A stretch of DNA of 64,000 nt. Origin: the human T2T-CHM13v2.0 reference genome, Homo sapiens. This document shows, piece after piece, positions 1 through 13,200 of this stretch; the stretch's first letter is position 1; every line of letters begins with the position of its first letter. The stretch is from the NCBI RefSeq assembly GCF_009914755.1, contig NC_060933.1; one strand, 5' to 3'. A model generated the notes under the pieces. It was not told the DNA's origin. It did no database searches and saw only the letters and a list, made by a program, of their open reading frames with translations. The translations under genes and the position numbers were made by a program.

Positions 1-1077
1 CTATCAAGCATCTAGCATCTAGCTCCTTTGAGCCTAGAAGTCTCAACTACTGTCATCCCTTAAGATTTTATTTTCTAATAATTCATAGCCCAGTTTTATA
101 GAATGTCATGGTTTTTCATTGCTGACATTTACGACAAAATTCTTTTCATTTTTTATTTTGCTGCCAAAATGTGAACATGCAAATATCCTATGAATTTGCC
201 AACTTGTATCTGTATGGACACACAAAAAAATGTACGACAAAGACTAGAATAAGAAATGATTAATGATACTGAATATATTGCCTGTTCTTTCCACATAGCA
301 TTCAATCTATGCTCACCTTTTATAGTTCAATATGCTGCCAGATCTCAAAACAATGCTCTAATTATTTTTAAATAAATAAAGAACCGTACTAGAGAAAGAT
401 GTTCTCCTCACTCAAACCCTAACTATGAGGCACAGTATGTTCATAGAACTTGGTCTCATTTTCTCAGAGAAGGCAATATTTAGCATTCATACAACAAATG
501 TGTGTTATAGTATTATTTAGCACTTCTGCAACATAGGCTTTCACTGTTCATATCTGGAGAAAATTGAAGAGGAGCTTGCCTTAAGTTCTCCAGTGATTTA
601 GTAGACTTAGTTGCTGAATTTCTGGAAAAGCTAACTAAGTCATAGGATTTAAAAGGGTAGCATTTGCCAGAGTTCAAACTGGGGTCTGTGTTTTCTTTAT
701 GCAGTATCTGTTTTTGAGACATCACAGGGAACTTGTAAACACAGAGCCAGGGAAGTCTTACGCTTTTTAAATTTGAAAGCTTCTAAGCTTTCTGCTGAAC
801 TGTATTCCACCAATCTTTAGAAAAATAAAATTTTATTGATAAATTATTTCTACGTGTAGGGTAACCTTTTTGAAAATAGAACATTGCTGCCACTCTAGAT
901 ACATAATACAGAAGGATATTTGCTGCTCATTGGTATAAGTTGAACCTGAACTCATTTTCTTCCAGGAAAATGATTGCAGTGAGGTCTGGCTCTGAAAAGT
1001 CTTACTGATAAACACCTTTATCATGAATTGAAAGGTTAAGAGTTACAGAAGATGTCTGGTTTTTTATTTTTATTTTT

Positions 1078-1078
<1 letters not shown>

Positions 1079-1120
<42 letters not shown>
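1079..1120. repeat. (GT)21 microsatellite
   Basis: Directly visible. Confidence 0.95.
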
Positions 1121-1125
<5 letters not shown>

Positions 1126-1129
1126 CATA

Positions 1130-1451
1130 CAGACCATCCCTGACTTACAATGGTTTGACTCATGGTTTTTTGACTTTACGAGTGTGTGAAACCATCATAA
1201 TTTTGAGGCAACGTACAGTATTCAACATGTTCCATGAGATATTCTCTACTTTATTATAAAATAGGCTTTGTGTTAGATGATTATGTTCAACTGTAGACTA
1301 ATGTTAGTGTTCTGATCAGATTTAAGGTAGGCTAGACTAAGCCATGATATTTTAAAGTTTAGGGGTATTAAATGCAGTTGTGATTTATGGTATTTTCAAC
1401 TTACAATGGGTTTATTGGGATGTAAACCCATCATAAATTGGGGATCATCTG
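1130..1451 (-). mobile_element. MER47/Tigger5-family non-autonomous DNA transposon
   Basis: Inverted termini CAGACCATCCCTGACTTACAATGG / CCATCATAAATTGGGGATCATCTG, with TA on both sides (Tc1/mariner TSD). Confidence 0.75.
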
Positions 1452-1788
1452 TATTACTAAAATCTGAAGCAGGGGCAGGGAAGATTGGTAGAGAGATGCC
1501 TAAACAATAGCTGCACAATGGCTGTGTAATAACTACATTTTGAATACACCATCGGAAGAATGAAGTTATGTCACACACAGGACGCAGTAGGTGATCTAGA
1601 CACATAGCTTCTGGAAACAATGGAATGTAATAAATGAAAGGATGTGCTTACACAGGGTATTTTCAAAATAATTTTATTATAATTTATCTTGCTTCATATT
1701 GACAAGTAAAATCATACTGAATATGTTTTGATTTAGAAAGCCTCATTGGGAATCAATGAATTAGATCTAGTCCTTGGAATCAAAAAAG

Positions 1789-2094
1789 TTTTTTTTGTTG
1801 TTGTTGTCGTTTTGGGATGGAGTCTCGCCCTGTCACCTAGGCTGGAGTGCAGTGGAGCAATCTTGGCTCACTGCAACCTCCGCCTCTGGGTTCAAGTGAT
1901 TCTTGTGCCTCAGCCTCCCGAGTAGCTGGGACTACAGGTATATGCCACCATGCCTGGCTAATTTTTGTATTTTTAGTAGAGATGGGGTTTCACCACATTG
2001 GCCAGGCTGGTCTCAAACTCCTGACCGTAGGTGATCCGCCCACCTCGGCCTCCCAAAGTGCTGGAATTACAGGCATAAGCCACCACGCCTGACC
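1789..2094 (-). mobile_element. Alu (AluS-type)
   Basis: Full antisense Alu; TSD-like tcaaaaaag(a/t)ttt. Confidence 0.93.
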
Positions 2095-2586
2095 TCAAAA
2101 AAGATTTTAATTATGAAAACCCATTTAGCTTTGTCTTCCTAAGTAAGATGAAGTTGCTGCATCATTACTTATTAATCGCCTGATTCCTTGAGGGGATCTT
2201 AAGAATACAAGAGCCAATAAAATGTTTGGAGAAAAGGGTCCAAAGACATTACAAAAAGAGCAAGCCTTGACTCTTGGGGATAGGCTGCTGCCATTGGCAT
2301 AGCACCCATTCTTTTTAGTGGGTGAAGCTCAAAGACTCAAGCCTATTCCTTTGATTTCTGCCATCCTTTCCCTACCTGCTATCTTTCTGAACTAAAGTCC
2401 AAGGTGGACCAGGGGTAGGAAGGGAACCACTTTCATTCATCATATCCATCTTGAAGAAGACACTGATCTGGGACTGGAAGTAGAAGCTAGAAGGTAAGAG
2501 ACAGTTGGTGTGTCACTTCCTTCCTATATATCTAAAGGAAATCACCTACAACCTTCACACTTCAGTTTTAACTGAAAAGCTTTCTG

Positions 2587-2911
<325 letters not shown>

Positions 2912-3662
2912 TTAGGATTTAAATGTCCACAAAGGGAAGCCAACTGTGTCAAATTAAGCCAACTTCAAACAGGTCAAAGAAGGAGCTAAAGTTTCTTGAA
3001 ACTGATAGACTGTTACTCACTTATTAGTGTCCCATTTTATCAATATTATACAATACTTTAAATGTAGTACCAAACCCTGAATCAACTCTTGTCCTAGAAG
3101 CTCGTGTGTCATGGATCATGGTTTTAAGTGGTAGTGGTTAAACATCTAAAGAATTGAAATGTTAAATCAAGTTTCCATTCTCCTGACTGTATTTTATTAA
3201 CTCACATAAGTAAATTGGATTACTGTTAATCCTTGTTTCATAGCACACAGTCATCTTTGATCCATGTAGCTCTTCCTTTGTTTTATTTGTTCATGTATTT
3301 GTTAAGTTACTTTTCCCTGATAGGATTACTGACCTCCAAATTGACTTTCTATTGGCCTCAGTATTTTTATCTATTAAACAAGGAAGTTAGATTATATGAT
3401 ATATTTGGTCTCTTTCTGCTTTGATGCTCTATGAATAACATTAAGACCTGTTTGGCCCAGAGTCTGGCATATAATTAGTGCTTAATAAGTGGTAGTTAAT
3501 ACTTTACAGTAGACCTTTAAACAATGCAGGGGCTAGGGGTACCCTCACTCCCTGAAGTTGAAAATCTTCTATGACTTTTGATGTTCCCAAAACTTAACTA
3601 ATAGCCTACTGTTGACTGGAAGCCTTACAGTTGATTAACACATATTTTGTATGTTTCTTGGC

Positions 3663-3954
3663 TTCTTTTTCTGTGTGTGAGAGGGTGTTGCTCTGTGGCA
3701 CAGACTGGAGTGCAATGGTATGATCATGGCTCAGTGCAGCCTTGAACTCCTGGCCTCAAGCGGTCATCCCACCTCAGCCTCCAGAGTAGCTGGGACTACA
3801 AATGCATGACAATTTGCCTGGCTAATTTTTTATCTTTTGTAGAGACTGGGTCACACTATGTTGCATAGGCTGTTCTCTAACTCCTGGGCTCAAGCAATCC
3901 ACTCACCTCGGCCTCCCGAAGTGCTGGGATTACAGGCACTGATCACACCTGGCC
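3663..3954 (-). mobile_element. Alu (AluJ-type) inside Tigger2
   Basis: Diverged antisense Alu with J-type motifs (gggctcaagcaatcc). Confidence 0.88.
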
Positions 3955-4859
3955 TATCTTGAGCCTTTTTTTAAAGCCAAAACTCTAAAATTATCAAACC
4001 ATCCTGCGCCAGTATTAAATTCTCCAGCTTTAGATTCTTCAGCTTCCTTTTGCTTGAAGTTGTTATATAACAACTTCCCCTTTTCTTGAATCACATTAGA
4101 TTCTATAGGTATGCCTTTCTTTCAGCAATCCTGCTCCCATATAAAAGCTGCACTAACAATATCAAATAAAAATACATGTTTCTCACCTGCTGGTGAGAAA
4201 AACAGTGCAAGGTTGTCTCACCTGCTGGTGTAGCTGCAGTGAAGTCTTTACTAATTTTCCTTTGTTTACAATGTTCTTACACTGGATGGATTCATTTATC
4301 TTGAAAAGGTAAGCAACTGCAGCTGCAGAACTCAATCTATGGTACATATCAAGCAATTCAACTTTTTGTCATAATGTCATGACTTTTCTCAATTCTTGGG
4401 AGACCTTCCAGCATCACTATTAGCACTTCATATAGGTCCCATGGTGTTCAAGATTTACAGAATTGCCCTAAATAGAATGAAACATACGCAAGAACCATGA
4501 GAGATCACTTTTTGCTGTGATACACCGTTTACTGGAGAAACTAACTGCTCATGTGGAGATGATTAGTGTCATCAGATACTTGTAATACTTGAGCTCACCG
4601 CAATAGCAACAGGAGGTCGCTAAGAAATTATTACCATAGTACAATATGCATTACAATCAATTTTATGCAGTTATAATTAATATTACATCTTTACGTTTAT
4701 TTACATTTCTTTCAACTGTGAGTGGTGCTATTTATGGTCTGTAGGTGTTTGTGTGTATAAGTTTTAATACATTTTAATTTTCATAATATTTTTAATGATA
4801 AAATAGACTAGTATCTACATATATTTTATGAACTCATAACATACAACATACCTACCTAA

Positions 4860-5166
<307 letters not shown>

Positions 5167-7217
5167 ACTTTTTCTTAATTTTTTTCAATATATCTAAGCT
5201 ACATGGTTTGTCTGAGAGTTATTTTAAATTGTGGCAATCTCCAAAAAAAGTACGATGTATTTTTTGAAGAAAATCTGCATAAATGGACCTGTGTAGTTCA
5301 AATCCAAGTTGTTCAAGGGTTAACTAGTAATTTATCATTATTAGCATTATTAAATTTTGGGAACTTTCACACCAATTCTCAATCTGATATACTAGCATAC
5401 CATAGAGTTGGTAACTCTTCTAATTGGCAGTGAAATGTTCAGAGGCATTTTTTTTCTCACACTGGTCAGCTCCAAACAGCCCATTACCAATTTATTATTG
5501 ATTCACAGAATCTCAGGTTATAAGAGATCTTAGAGGTTAATTTCTGGCATTGGATATAGCAGAGGAAGAAATAAGGTGTCTCATAAGGCAAACTCTTCCC
5601 AGAATAATTTCAGTTTGCAGAGTTTCAAGATGGGTCCTTATGGAGTTCTTTTTCTCTTCTTCCATTAAACTGCTTAGATTTCTTTCTGTTCATTGCATTT
5701 CAGCGAAGTTTTCTTTTAGAGATTTAAGGGACTTTGGCAGACAGGCCAAACACTAGTGGGGCCTCATTATCAAGTAATATGTTGCAAAGTATAAGGCAGC
5801 GTAAAACTGAAAACTGCCTGGTTATCTGCCATATGGCATTTTACAGAGGAAGAGTCCAGGGGCAAATCTTGCAGTTCTGTTCTTCGCATACAAAAAGAAA
5901 ACACTCATGCAAGACTTGGATTTTTGCTTCTTTACAATGTTAGGAATGGTTTTCTATCAACCACTACTAGTCTATCAGTTCCTCCTTCCTTTGGCTACTG
6001 AGACATTTGTAATAGAATTGACTGTCATAACCATCAGAGCATAAGGTCATGAAATATGACAGATTCTTTGCTGTTGCTATTGGTGCTTATCTGCAAGCTT
6101 CCTTCTTGGCCAACAAGGCTCTATCCAAGGAAGCTAATGAGATCGTTAAAGTAGATCCCAAAGGAGGAAGCAGAATATGTCTATTCATCAATGGAAGTGG
6201 GACTTCTTTGATATCATTTAGGTTTAAGAATCACACTTTTTGAGAATGGACTTATAATGGAACTGTGATATAACTGCAAAAGCTATGGATAGTAAGAGGA
6301 ATGAGTCTACATCCATACATTTGATTTAACAGATGAATGAGGGTTCAACTCATTTTTTAAAAAAAAAACAGGGCTAGGTTTTTCCCTTTAAAATATATAT
6401 GCATTGAAATGAAAGAATATGCCCTTTGAGTAAGTTTAAATGCTGGCCCAGGGATTAGTTTACAAAGCAGAAAAGTGGTTTGCCCACTTCCTACCTCATT
6501 TTCCAATTCTCTCTCATGTTCAATGCAGTGAATGTTACATTTGTGTGTGCCAACCAGGGCATGCTCACAGAAGGAAAGAGTGCTAGTGGAAAGAAAAAGA
6601 GAAAGACACCATGGAGAAAAAAATATTAATGATCAATTTTTCCACCCCAAGAAAAAAATCTCCAGGCTCCAGAAAACCGGGTGCAGTGATTCCTCTCCAT
6701 TTCATTCAGAATTTGAAGCCCAGAGACAACAAGGCTTTGAAAGAGAAGCATTTTGTGCTGCCTCTGTAGTCCTAAACAATTAACAGCTCCAGAGTCCCAG
6801 AGAGAAACCCGTACGGCATCCTTCAAACTTGTTACAAAGTACCTTATGTAGTGGCAACCCTTCTGTGGATCACGGTGAGACAGGTCCTTCCTCCTACCTG
6901 AAATGCCCACAATTCTGAATTAAAAAAAAAAGAGAGAGATTGACTGTCCCTTATATGTGTATTGAGATGTGGACCTTGACTGAAGTCTTATCCCATCTGA
7001 AATTTACCATCTTCAAGAGGGGTAATCCAATGTCCCTATGCATAGATGCAGATTGTCAGAGTTAACAGTGTTGTAATAGATTGTGAGCTTTCGGACTCCA
7101 TGGCTAGGGAAGCAGGAAGAGATGTGTCTACAGGGACTGGCTAGCAGGGAGACTGTACCAAAACTCTAAAGCACAAGCATAGTGCTTATGTTTTCCTCTT
7201 AAAAATAATAATAATAG

Positions 7218-7858
<641 letters not shown>

Positions 7859-9678
7859 TCAATAATAAACCACATTTACTCTACAGTATTCAGAGATTCT
7901 GAATTCCACTAATTTTTTGTGCCTCCCCCTTCCCCTTTCTCCAGTGTACAGCACAATTCATTGCACATGCTAGGTGCTCAAAACAGATGTGTTGAATCAG
8001 TCAAATAAATAAACGAATAAAATACATACACTTCTGCACATGTTTTAGTTCTTCTGATCTTCTATTTCTTCAGCTATAATGTGGGGATGATGTTATTTTG
8101 TGGGTTTGTTTTCAAGATTAAATAATATAGCATACCTTATACAATATGTAAAATGTCAAATGCTATGCTCAAAGGTACTAGTGGAATTTTAAGTCTGCAG
8201 GTATCTTTCAGATTTTAAAAAATCAGTACCAAAAGCTATAGGTGGGATGAGTTAATTAATCTCAAACACATTTAAATTAACAGGAAGAAAGAAATAGGGC
8301 ATGGTAGGAGGAGAGAAAGGAGGACAGTTAGGGATATAGTGAATACTTTTAAAGTCAGTTGAATTATTTCATACGGGATAATTTTTCTTGTCACAGTAAA
8401 TCACCCTGTGCCCCACCCCCGCTCCAGGAAGGCAGGGAGGTTGTAAAGGAGAAGCGAGAAGAGGGTTAATTTGAGCTCCCTCCTGCCTGCTGCAGTCACA
8501 GTGCACGATAGAGTAATGAAGGTGACGCCGCCACATATCTCATCTGAACTTCCTCTGTGGTCTTTTTCATATTAAAGTCTTTCACTGTTACAGGACTGTG
8601 CTTGGAAAAGTTGGGAAACTTTTCCCTTGGTGGAGAAAAAGAAGCCCTCGTCAGACGCAATCCAACAAATGAATGGAGTTATTTCCTTGGCCCAACATGT
8701 CCATCCACTAGCACACCAAATATTCATAGAAACATCTTTCCTCACTTCCAAGGCCGGAATTGTACTCTCCCGTGGCGTTGCCTAGTATCGCAGATTTCGA
8801 AAGTGAGCAGGCAACAGACTTGGCTTTCGAGCCAATTCTAGGAGTCGATGCGACTTACTGTCCTGTGTGGTAGCTTCTCCCGGGAGCAGAAAGTGTAAAA
8901 TAAACAGCTGCTGAAAAGCATGAAGAATTAACGAAGTGAAAATCTCGAGTTATTTGTTCGGCAATTGACACGTAAGTGACCTCCTTAAATGCCTAGTTAT
9001 TTAAGGACGTTTAGAACGAGGATGAATGAATCTTCAGGGCGGTTAATTCGCACCGGCGTGTAAATTTCTTTAGTCTTTCGGGAAGTGGCGGTAAATTCAT
9101 ACAAATCCAGCAGGGAGGGAAGAGAAGGGAGTAAAACCACGATCTCGGAGCGCTCTTCTCAGTCCTTTGGAAAGACTTGCCTTTACTGCCCGGAACCCTG
9201 GAGGTTACAGCTGGGCGAACCCGGAGGCGCTAGGACCTCGTCGGCGCCTGGCTGCGGCCGCTTTCAAGAGGGCGGAGGAGGGAGAGGAGGAGGGCGATGT
9301 GGGAAAGGAGGGGTGTTAAGGGGGGCGGGGGAAGTCATTTATGCAGAGCAGGAGCTGCTGCCATTGCCACTCAGAATCCCCGCGCGCTGCTCGGAGCCGG
9401 AGGGAGCGCTGGGAGCGAGCAAGCGAGCGTTTGGAGCCCGGGCCAGCAGAGGGGGCGCCCGGTCGCTGCCTGTACCGCTCCCGCTGGTCATCTCCGCCGC
9501 GCTCGGGGGCCCCGGGAGGAGCGAGACCGAGTCGGAGAGTCCGGGAGCCAAGCCGGGCGAAACCCAACTGCGGAGGACGCCCGCCCCACTCAGCCTCCTC
9601 CTGCGTCCGAGCCGGGGAGCATCGCCGAGCGCCCCACGGGCCGGAGAGCTGGGAGCACAGGTCCCGGCAGCCCCAGGG

Positions 9679-9687
9679 ATGGTCTAG
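9679..9687 (+). promoter_or_regulatory. Minimal upstream ORF (Met-Val-stop) in putative 5' leader
   Basis: gggATGGTCTAG; purine at -3 and G at +4; stop lies 187 nt before the main ATG. Confidence 0.6.
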
Positions 9688-9874
9688 GAGCCGGCGTAAG
9701 GCTCGCTGCTCTGCTCCCTGCCGGGGCTAGCCGCCTCCTGCCGATCGCCCGGGGCTGCGAGCTGCGGCGGCCCGGGGCTGCTCGCCGGGCGGCGCAGGCC
9801 GGAGAAGTTAGTTGTGCGCGCCCTTAGTGCGCGGAACCAGCCAGCGAGCGAGGGAGCAGCGAGGCGCCGGGACC

Positions 9875-10066
9875 ATGGGCTGGGGGAGCCGCTGCTGCTG
9901 CCCGGGACGTTTGGACCTGCTGTGCGTGCTGGCGCTGCTCGGGGGCTGCCTGCTCCCCGTGTGTCGGACGCGCGTCTACACCAACCACTGGGCAGTCAAA
10001 ATCGCCGGGGGCTTCCCGGAGGCCAACCGTATCGCCAGCAAGTACGGATTCATCAACATAGGACAG
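9875..10066 (+). CDS. PCSK5: PCSK5 coding exon 1 (residues 1-64: signal peptide and N-terminal prodomain)
   Basis: ATG in strong Kozak context (gaccATGg). The 192 nt translate to MGWGSRCCCPGRLDLLCVLALLGGCLLPVCRTRVYTNHWAVKIAGGFPEANRIASKYGFINIGQ, recognised as the PC5/6 N-terminus (convertase prodomain motif YTNHWAV). Ends at donor CAG|GTAACG, phase 0. Confidence 0.97.
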
Positions 10067-10206
10067 GTAACGAACTACAGGCTAGCCCAGCCCTCGGCCC
10101 TGAAGCCACTGGGGGCTTCTTGTCCCCTCTGCGTGGAACCCCCTCCCCCTCTTCCAGATGTGCTCTAGCAGCTGTTGCCCTAACTCTTGGGCGATGCTCT
10201 GTCTCC

Positions 10207-10251
10207 TGCGCGCGCGCGCGTACGCACACACACACACACACACACACACAC
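10207..10251. repeat. Alternating purine-pyrimidine tract: T(GC)6G-TACG-(CA)13C
   Basis: tgcgcgcgcgcgcgtacgcacacaca... with 45 bp of uninterrupted alternation. Confidence 0.92.
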
Positions 10252-13200
10252 CCCAGAGTTGCCGGGTCCGTGTTTTGTTTACTTGTCTTTTCCAAGCCAC
10301 GCGGGACTGGTAGGGTCTCGGGAAAAATCCAGAGTGCCCCCGTGGTGGCTTCAGAGACGGCTGGACCTTTTGACCTGAAAAGTCGAGTAGCACTAGTAAT
10401 CTGAGGCAGTCTCAGAGAGGGTGATCGTGGGGAGAGGGGGAAATTAGGTCTTTTGGGGGATAGGGGGTGAGCGCGCCTCTGATGCCTGCGGGGAAGGGAA
10501 AGCCTTTCCTGCTCGGACCTGAATTTAGCCCAGAAAGAAGTTTCCTCTTGGGCGAGAGAACCTCTGGCGCTGGAGACTCCGGAGGCGCGGGGACTGGAGC
10601 TGGAAGGGAGGAGAAAGGAGGGGGAGGGAAGAGGGGGCCGGCCCCGGTGTGAGTGCAGATTTAGGGGAGACCTCTAGGCTTTCTCGCCTTAAGCGAGGTC
10701 CGCGTGGGGGCTCCCGGAAGGGAGTTGTAGTGGGGAGGTGGGAAACTTCCGAAACCGGCTGGCTGGGTTCCGCTCCGGGAAAACGAGGAGTCTTACCCCG
10801 GGACGGAAGGTGCCGGGCCGGGAGGTTGCGCCGTGGGGCGAGAGTTGGGCAGGCAGCAGGGGCGCGGGGTTTTTGTGGGGTGCCGCTCTCGGGCTTTTGG
10901 CAGAGCTCTCCTGCTAGGGAGAAATGCCCATAAACTAAGGTGATGCTATGAGGATGATTGGAAGCGTAACAGATTTGGAAGTACTCCGGGTTCAGTGGTC
11001 TTGGCTTTCTGGTTCTCTTCCCCCCACACCCCTGCGAGAAATGGGGGTAGAGAGGGCTATGAAAGTGGGTCCCAGAAAGTACCCCCCTCCACATACACAC
11101 CGCAAGCATCTTTGGGGTTGGCCGGAGGGGCGGGCCCTGGCTGGGCTCAGGCGAGAATCCGCTGGAATGGGAGGTGAGGATGATGGATGGCGCCTTTCCA
11201 GCAGGCGCGCTTTGGGGACTGCCCGGGGTGCACGCACCCTGCGTGCTCTGCCAGGGGGAAGGGAGAGGGAGGTGCTGGCTGGTGCCGGCGGAGTGGGAGA
11301 GTACGGACAGTTTCTGAGGCCATTGCGTTCCACGCCCAGGAACCCGGGGACACCCCCCGCCCCTCCTCCCCGCCGCCTGGGGGATGCGGCACCTGGAGAG
11401 GAGGCAGAGCTGCTGTCGCCGCGTTTAGAAGGAGCTGGGGAGTGCGGGGAGTGTTCAGAGGAGCAAGAGCACAAGATCTTGCTCTTTGCCCGCCCAGAGG
11501 GAGGACATATTCCAGAGAAGCCAGCCCTGTGGAGAACTGAGACTAGGGCAAGGGGCACGGTTTGTATTCCCTCCTGCCCCTGGAACTAAGGAAGTAAGGG
11601 AAGCCAGCCAGATTTTGTTGCTTGAGTGACTGTTATCTGCGGAAGATTTCCATTCTAAAGGCTCGTTGGGATTCTACTGGCTTCTTTTTCTCTGGAAGAA
11701 AACACTGAGTCCGTTCAGGTCTTTTTACATGAACTTAAAGTTGGGCACTGCCTATGCCCTGGGAATGGAACTGGGGAGGCTAGCACTGAAAGTAGCTAGT
11801 ACTATTAATCTTTCCAGAGATTCATCTCGGGTTCTGCTAACATTGAACATCTCACACATGACCAGGCATTTTTGGAGGAATAAATTCTTGAACATACCCT
11901 TCTTTCTTAATCTCAAAACAACCTTGTTTGGTGAATATTACCTCACACACAGGAGATGAGGAAACCGAGACCAGCTAGACAGTGGCAAAGCAGTGATTCA
12001 GACCTGCTACTCTGACTGTTGCAGGCCCAGTCCCCCATGGATCCTGCCTTTTAGGGAACCCTTCCATGCCATGATGAAGGAGGAAGGAAGTAAAATCTCC
12101 ATTTCCTTGAATTCTGATTTAATGGCTCAGTAGGCTGGAAGCAAATATCTGGTCTCAGTTCACAGATATTTAGTTCAAACGCACCTAGCTTTCTTGACTT
12201 TAACAAGGGCAGAAACAGCTGTTACCTTTCTGAATTAATTGAGCAGAACTGGTATATGACAGAATCTGGCATAGCGAGATGGGAGAAATTGTCACCAAAT
12301 CCACTTTTGAACAAGCAAACATTGCAATGTCCTGCAACCTCTGCTTGACTATTTACAAAAGGCCTTATAGTGAAGATTCATGGCTTCTCATTAAAAATAA
12401 TAATGCTAAGAAAGTTTACATACAAATAACACCAAGGATGATTTATTGTGGTTTTACAGCGCCAATGAGGAAATTTAGTGCTTATAGAGGTTACAGAGGA
12501 CCCCTTGAACCAGTGTAAAAAGATCAGCTATTCTACAGTGGAGAGCATTTCCTCTGTAGATCAAAGGAGCTTAAGCCTATGCTAAGTCTTTGGGGTGGTA
12601 AATGGAGTTCACACGTGCAATATCATTGCACTGTACAGGCCAAATGTATTTCTTATTCATCCTTTACTGCTCTGACCTTTCAACACTTTAGACATCCTTT
12701 TGTTATTCTTTCCATCAGTAAACCAGCTGTGGATCAGCTGAGGGCAGTAACTAATTTGCAGATGCGTCTGGAATGTTCTGTTTTTTACCCATTTGGGCTT
12801 GGGGTCTCATCTTACGTGTTGCAAATTGGAACTGAAACTTGTTATTATTTCTGCAGTCATTTACTATCCTGGTAGTATTTTTTATATCTTCGGTATGATA
12901 TTCTAGGTGAGTAAGGTAGTAAATTTTCACCACAGTAAAGGTATAGTTTTGACCATTTGCTCAGAATATCAATGTAATGTTTTGTGTAGCATCTTAGCAT
13001 TTGAAAGTCACGAGAGGTAAGATTTCTGGCCAGGGCATTTCTATGGAAAATAATAGCTGTGCCTCTTCTGTTAAAAAAAAGATGGGATGTGCAGAGTAAC
13101 ACAAGAAGAAAGCAAACAAACAAGCAAAAAGGACGTGCTTGATTTCCAGAAGGGAACATAAATGAAGGTTTTCTTGCCTTTGTTTATAGAGCTAGCATAT

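Larger units (their letters stand above)
9140..11560. promoter_or_regulatory. CpG island spanning PCSK5 promoter, 5' leader, exon 1 and start of intron 1
   Basis: Abrupt rise in GC and CpG density against a CpG-depleted AT-rich background. GC boxes (GGGCGG) at ~9271 and 9323-9328; no obvious TATA box. The exact TSS cannot be read from sequence. Confidence 0.9.

Noticed and set aside
9812-9874. 21-codon TTG-initiated N-terminal extension of PCSK5
   Set aside because: Near-cognate start in poor context directly after an in-frame TAG; the ATG at 9875 is optimal and begins the signal peptide.
10067-10168. ORF continuation past exon 1 (VTNYRLAQ...)
   Set aside because: Read-through into intron 1 beyond the CAG|GTAACG donor.
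9085-11589. Many long overlapping ORFs on both strands (200, 176, 196, 194, 213, 188 aa)
   Set aside because: They lie in the CpG island where stop codons are rare; the products are low-complexity G/R/P/A with no recognisable domain.
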